Below are positions 62,965-64,000 of a stretch of DNA of 64,000 nucleotides, piece by piece. Every line of letters starts with the position of its first letter. The first letter of the stretch is position 1. The DNA is taken from NCBI GenBank assembly GCA_963817895.1, contig CAWFQB010000014.1, positions 608,001 to 672,000 on the forward strand, given 5' to 3'. The notes beneath the pieces were generated by a model that was not told the origin of the DNA, did not search any database, and saw only the letters and a list, made by a program, of their open reading frames with translations. Source of the stretch: an uncultured Chthonomonadaceae bacterium (GTDB lineage Bacteria > Armatimonadota > Chthonomonadetes > Chthonomonadales > Chthonomonadaceae). Made by a program: the position numbers and the translations under genes.

Positions 62965-64000
62965 TCAGTCTTCAACGCGAAGCCAGTTGGAAACTTCCAC
63001 CACGACGGGCAGATGCCGGATCGCTTCGAGCGCTTGTTTTACGCTGCGTCCGGGCGCTTCGTGCATCACCCATACAATATCCGTGTGCTTGCCCTGAATG
63101 GTTTTCTGCACCATAGATTCGATGTTGATTTCATAATCCCCGAATACGCCCGCAATGGCCGCCAGCACTTTGGGCTTATCCTGCACCACCATGCGAATGT
63201 AGTGCCGCGTGACAACCTCATCCATCGGCACAATCGACTTTTCATCGAAGCACAGGCTGGCGTCGCGCCCCGAGGAACCCCTGCGCAGGTTGCGGCAGGC
63301 GTCAATAATATCCCCGACTACAGCGCTGCCCGTCGGCCCGCTGCCCGCGCCCCGCCCGTAAAACATCACGTCGCCAACGGAGTCGCCCTTCACCATAATG
63401 GCGTTGTACACGTCATTGGTAGCGGCAAGAGGATGCGTTTTCAGCAGCAGCACGGGATGAACGCGCACCTGAATCCGGTTATCGTCTTCGCGTTTCGCCA
63501 CGCCCACCAGTTTAATGACGTAGCCCATTTCGTCCGCGTACTCAATATCGGTACGAGCGATGTGGGTAATGCCCTCCACGTACACATCGGCCAGATTGAC
63601 GCGGGTCGCGTAAGCAATGGACGCGAGAATGGCGATTTTATACTGCGCGTCGTAGCCCTCGATGTCGCTTGTCGGGTCCACTTCAGCGTAGCCATGCGCC
63701 TGCGCTTCCTGCAAAACATCGTTGAAGTCGGCGTGTTCGCGCGCCATTTTGGTCAGGATATAGTTGGTCGTGCCGTTGATGATACCGACGACTTCCTGCA
63801 CTTTATTGCCCGCCAGCGCGTTCTTCATCGGCTGAATAATGGGAATACCCCCCGCTACGCTGCCCTCAAACAAAAAGTCCAGTCCGCGTTGACTGGCCTC
63901 TTCCATCAGCGTCTGCCCCCGTTTGGCAATCAATTCTTTGTTGGCTGTGACGATCTGCTTGCCGTTGCGCAGGGCGCGCAGCACAAAGGATTGCGCCGGT
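62965..64000 (-). CDS. hom: Homoserine dehydrogenase (5' part outside window)
   Basis: VTANK, EGSVAGGIP, INGTTNYIL, GRGAG..PTGSAV; C-terminal ACT. Confidence 0.96.
   Translation of the reverse strand, partial: PAQSFVLRALRNGKQIVTANKELIAKRGQTLMEEASQRGLDFLFEGSVAGGIPIIQPMKNALAGNKVQEVVGIINGTTNYILTKMAREHADFNDVLQEAQAHGYAEVDPTSDIEGYDAQYKIAILASIAYATRVNLADVYVEGITHIARTDIEYADEMGYVIKLVGVAKREDDNRIQVRVHPVLLLKTHPLAATNDVYNAIMVKGDSVGDVMFYGRGAGSGPTGSAVVGDIIDACRNLRRGSSGRDASLCFDEKSIVPMDEVVTRHYIRMVVQDKPKVLAAIAGVFGDYEINIESMVQKTIQGKHTDIVWVMHEAPGRSVKQALEAIRHLPVVVEVSNWLRVED

Overview
Bacterial chromosomal window, most likely Armatimonadota/Chthonomonadetes-like (inferred from DUF1559 pilin-like/H-X9-DG genes, signal-peptide ankyrins, PadR plus permease-prefix pair, Uma2, TonB system). 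Core loci: rpmH-rnpA-yidD-yidC-jag-ssrA (no adjacent dnaA), accDA, pheA, hom, two GT9 genes and tRNA-Leu(UAA) split by a 238-nt group I intron. Accessory loci: a restriction-type nuclease running off the left edge, a DyP peroxidase-cytochrome P450 fusion with a duplicated-domain partner, a hydroxyproline catabolic operon, a metal-uptake-like TonB operon headed by a CxxC/RGPP (DUF2946-like) uORF, an IS3 element, a two-component system beside a diheme peroxidase, a Cyc2-like cytochrome-porin and a Tat dioxygenase, and a deletion scar joining a PIN toxin to DUF262. The most novel non-coding signal is a structured ~100-nt module present three times in the TonB operon intergenic regions (long hairpin plus terminator-like hairpin; two copies carry an antisense sigma70-like promoter). 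Many intergenic regions hold paired inverted repeat elements from several families, some supplying stop codons or lying inside genes. Many genes, including accD, have single-base frameshifts that are probably assembly errors. All calls are by eye; no database searches were run.
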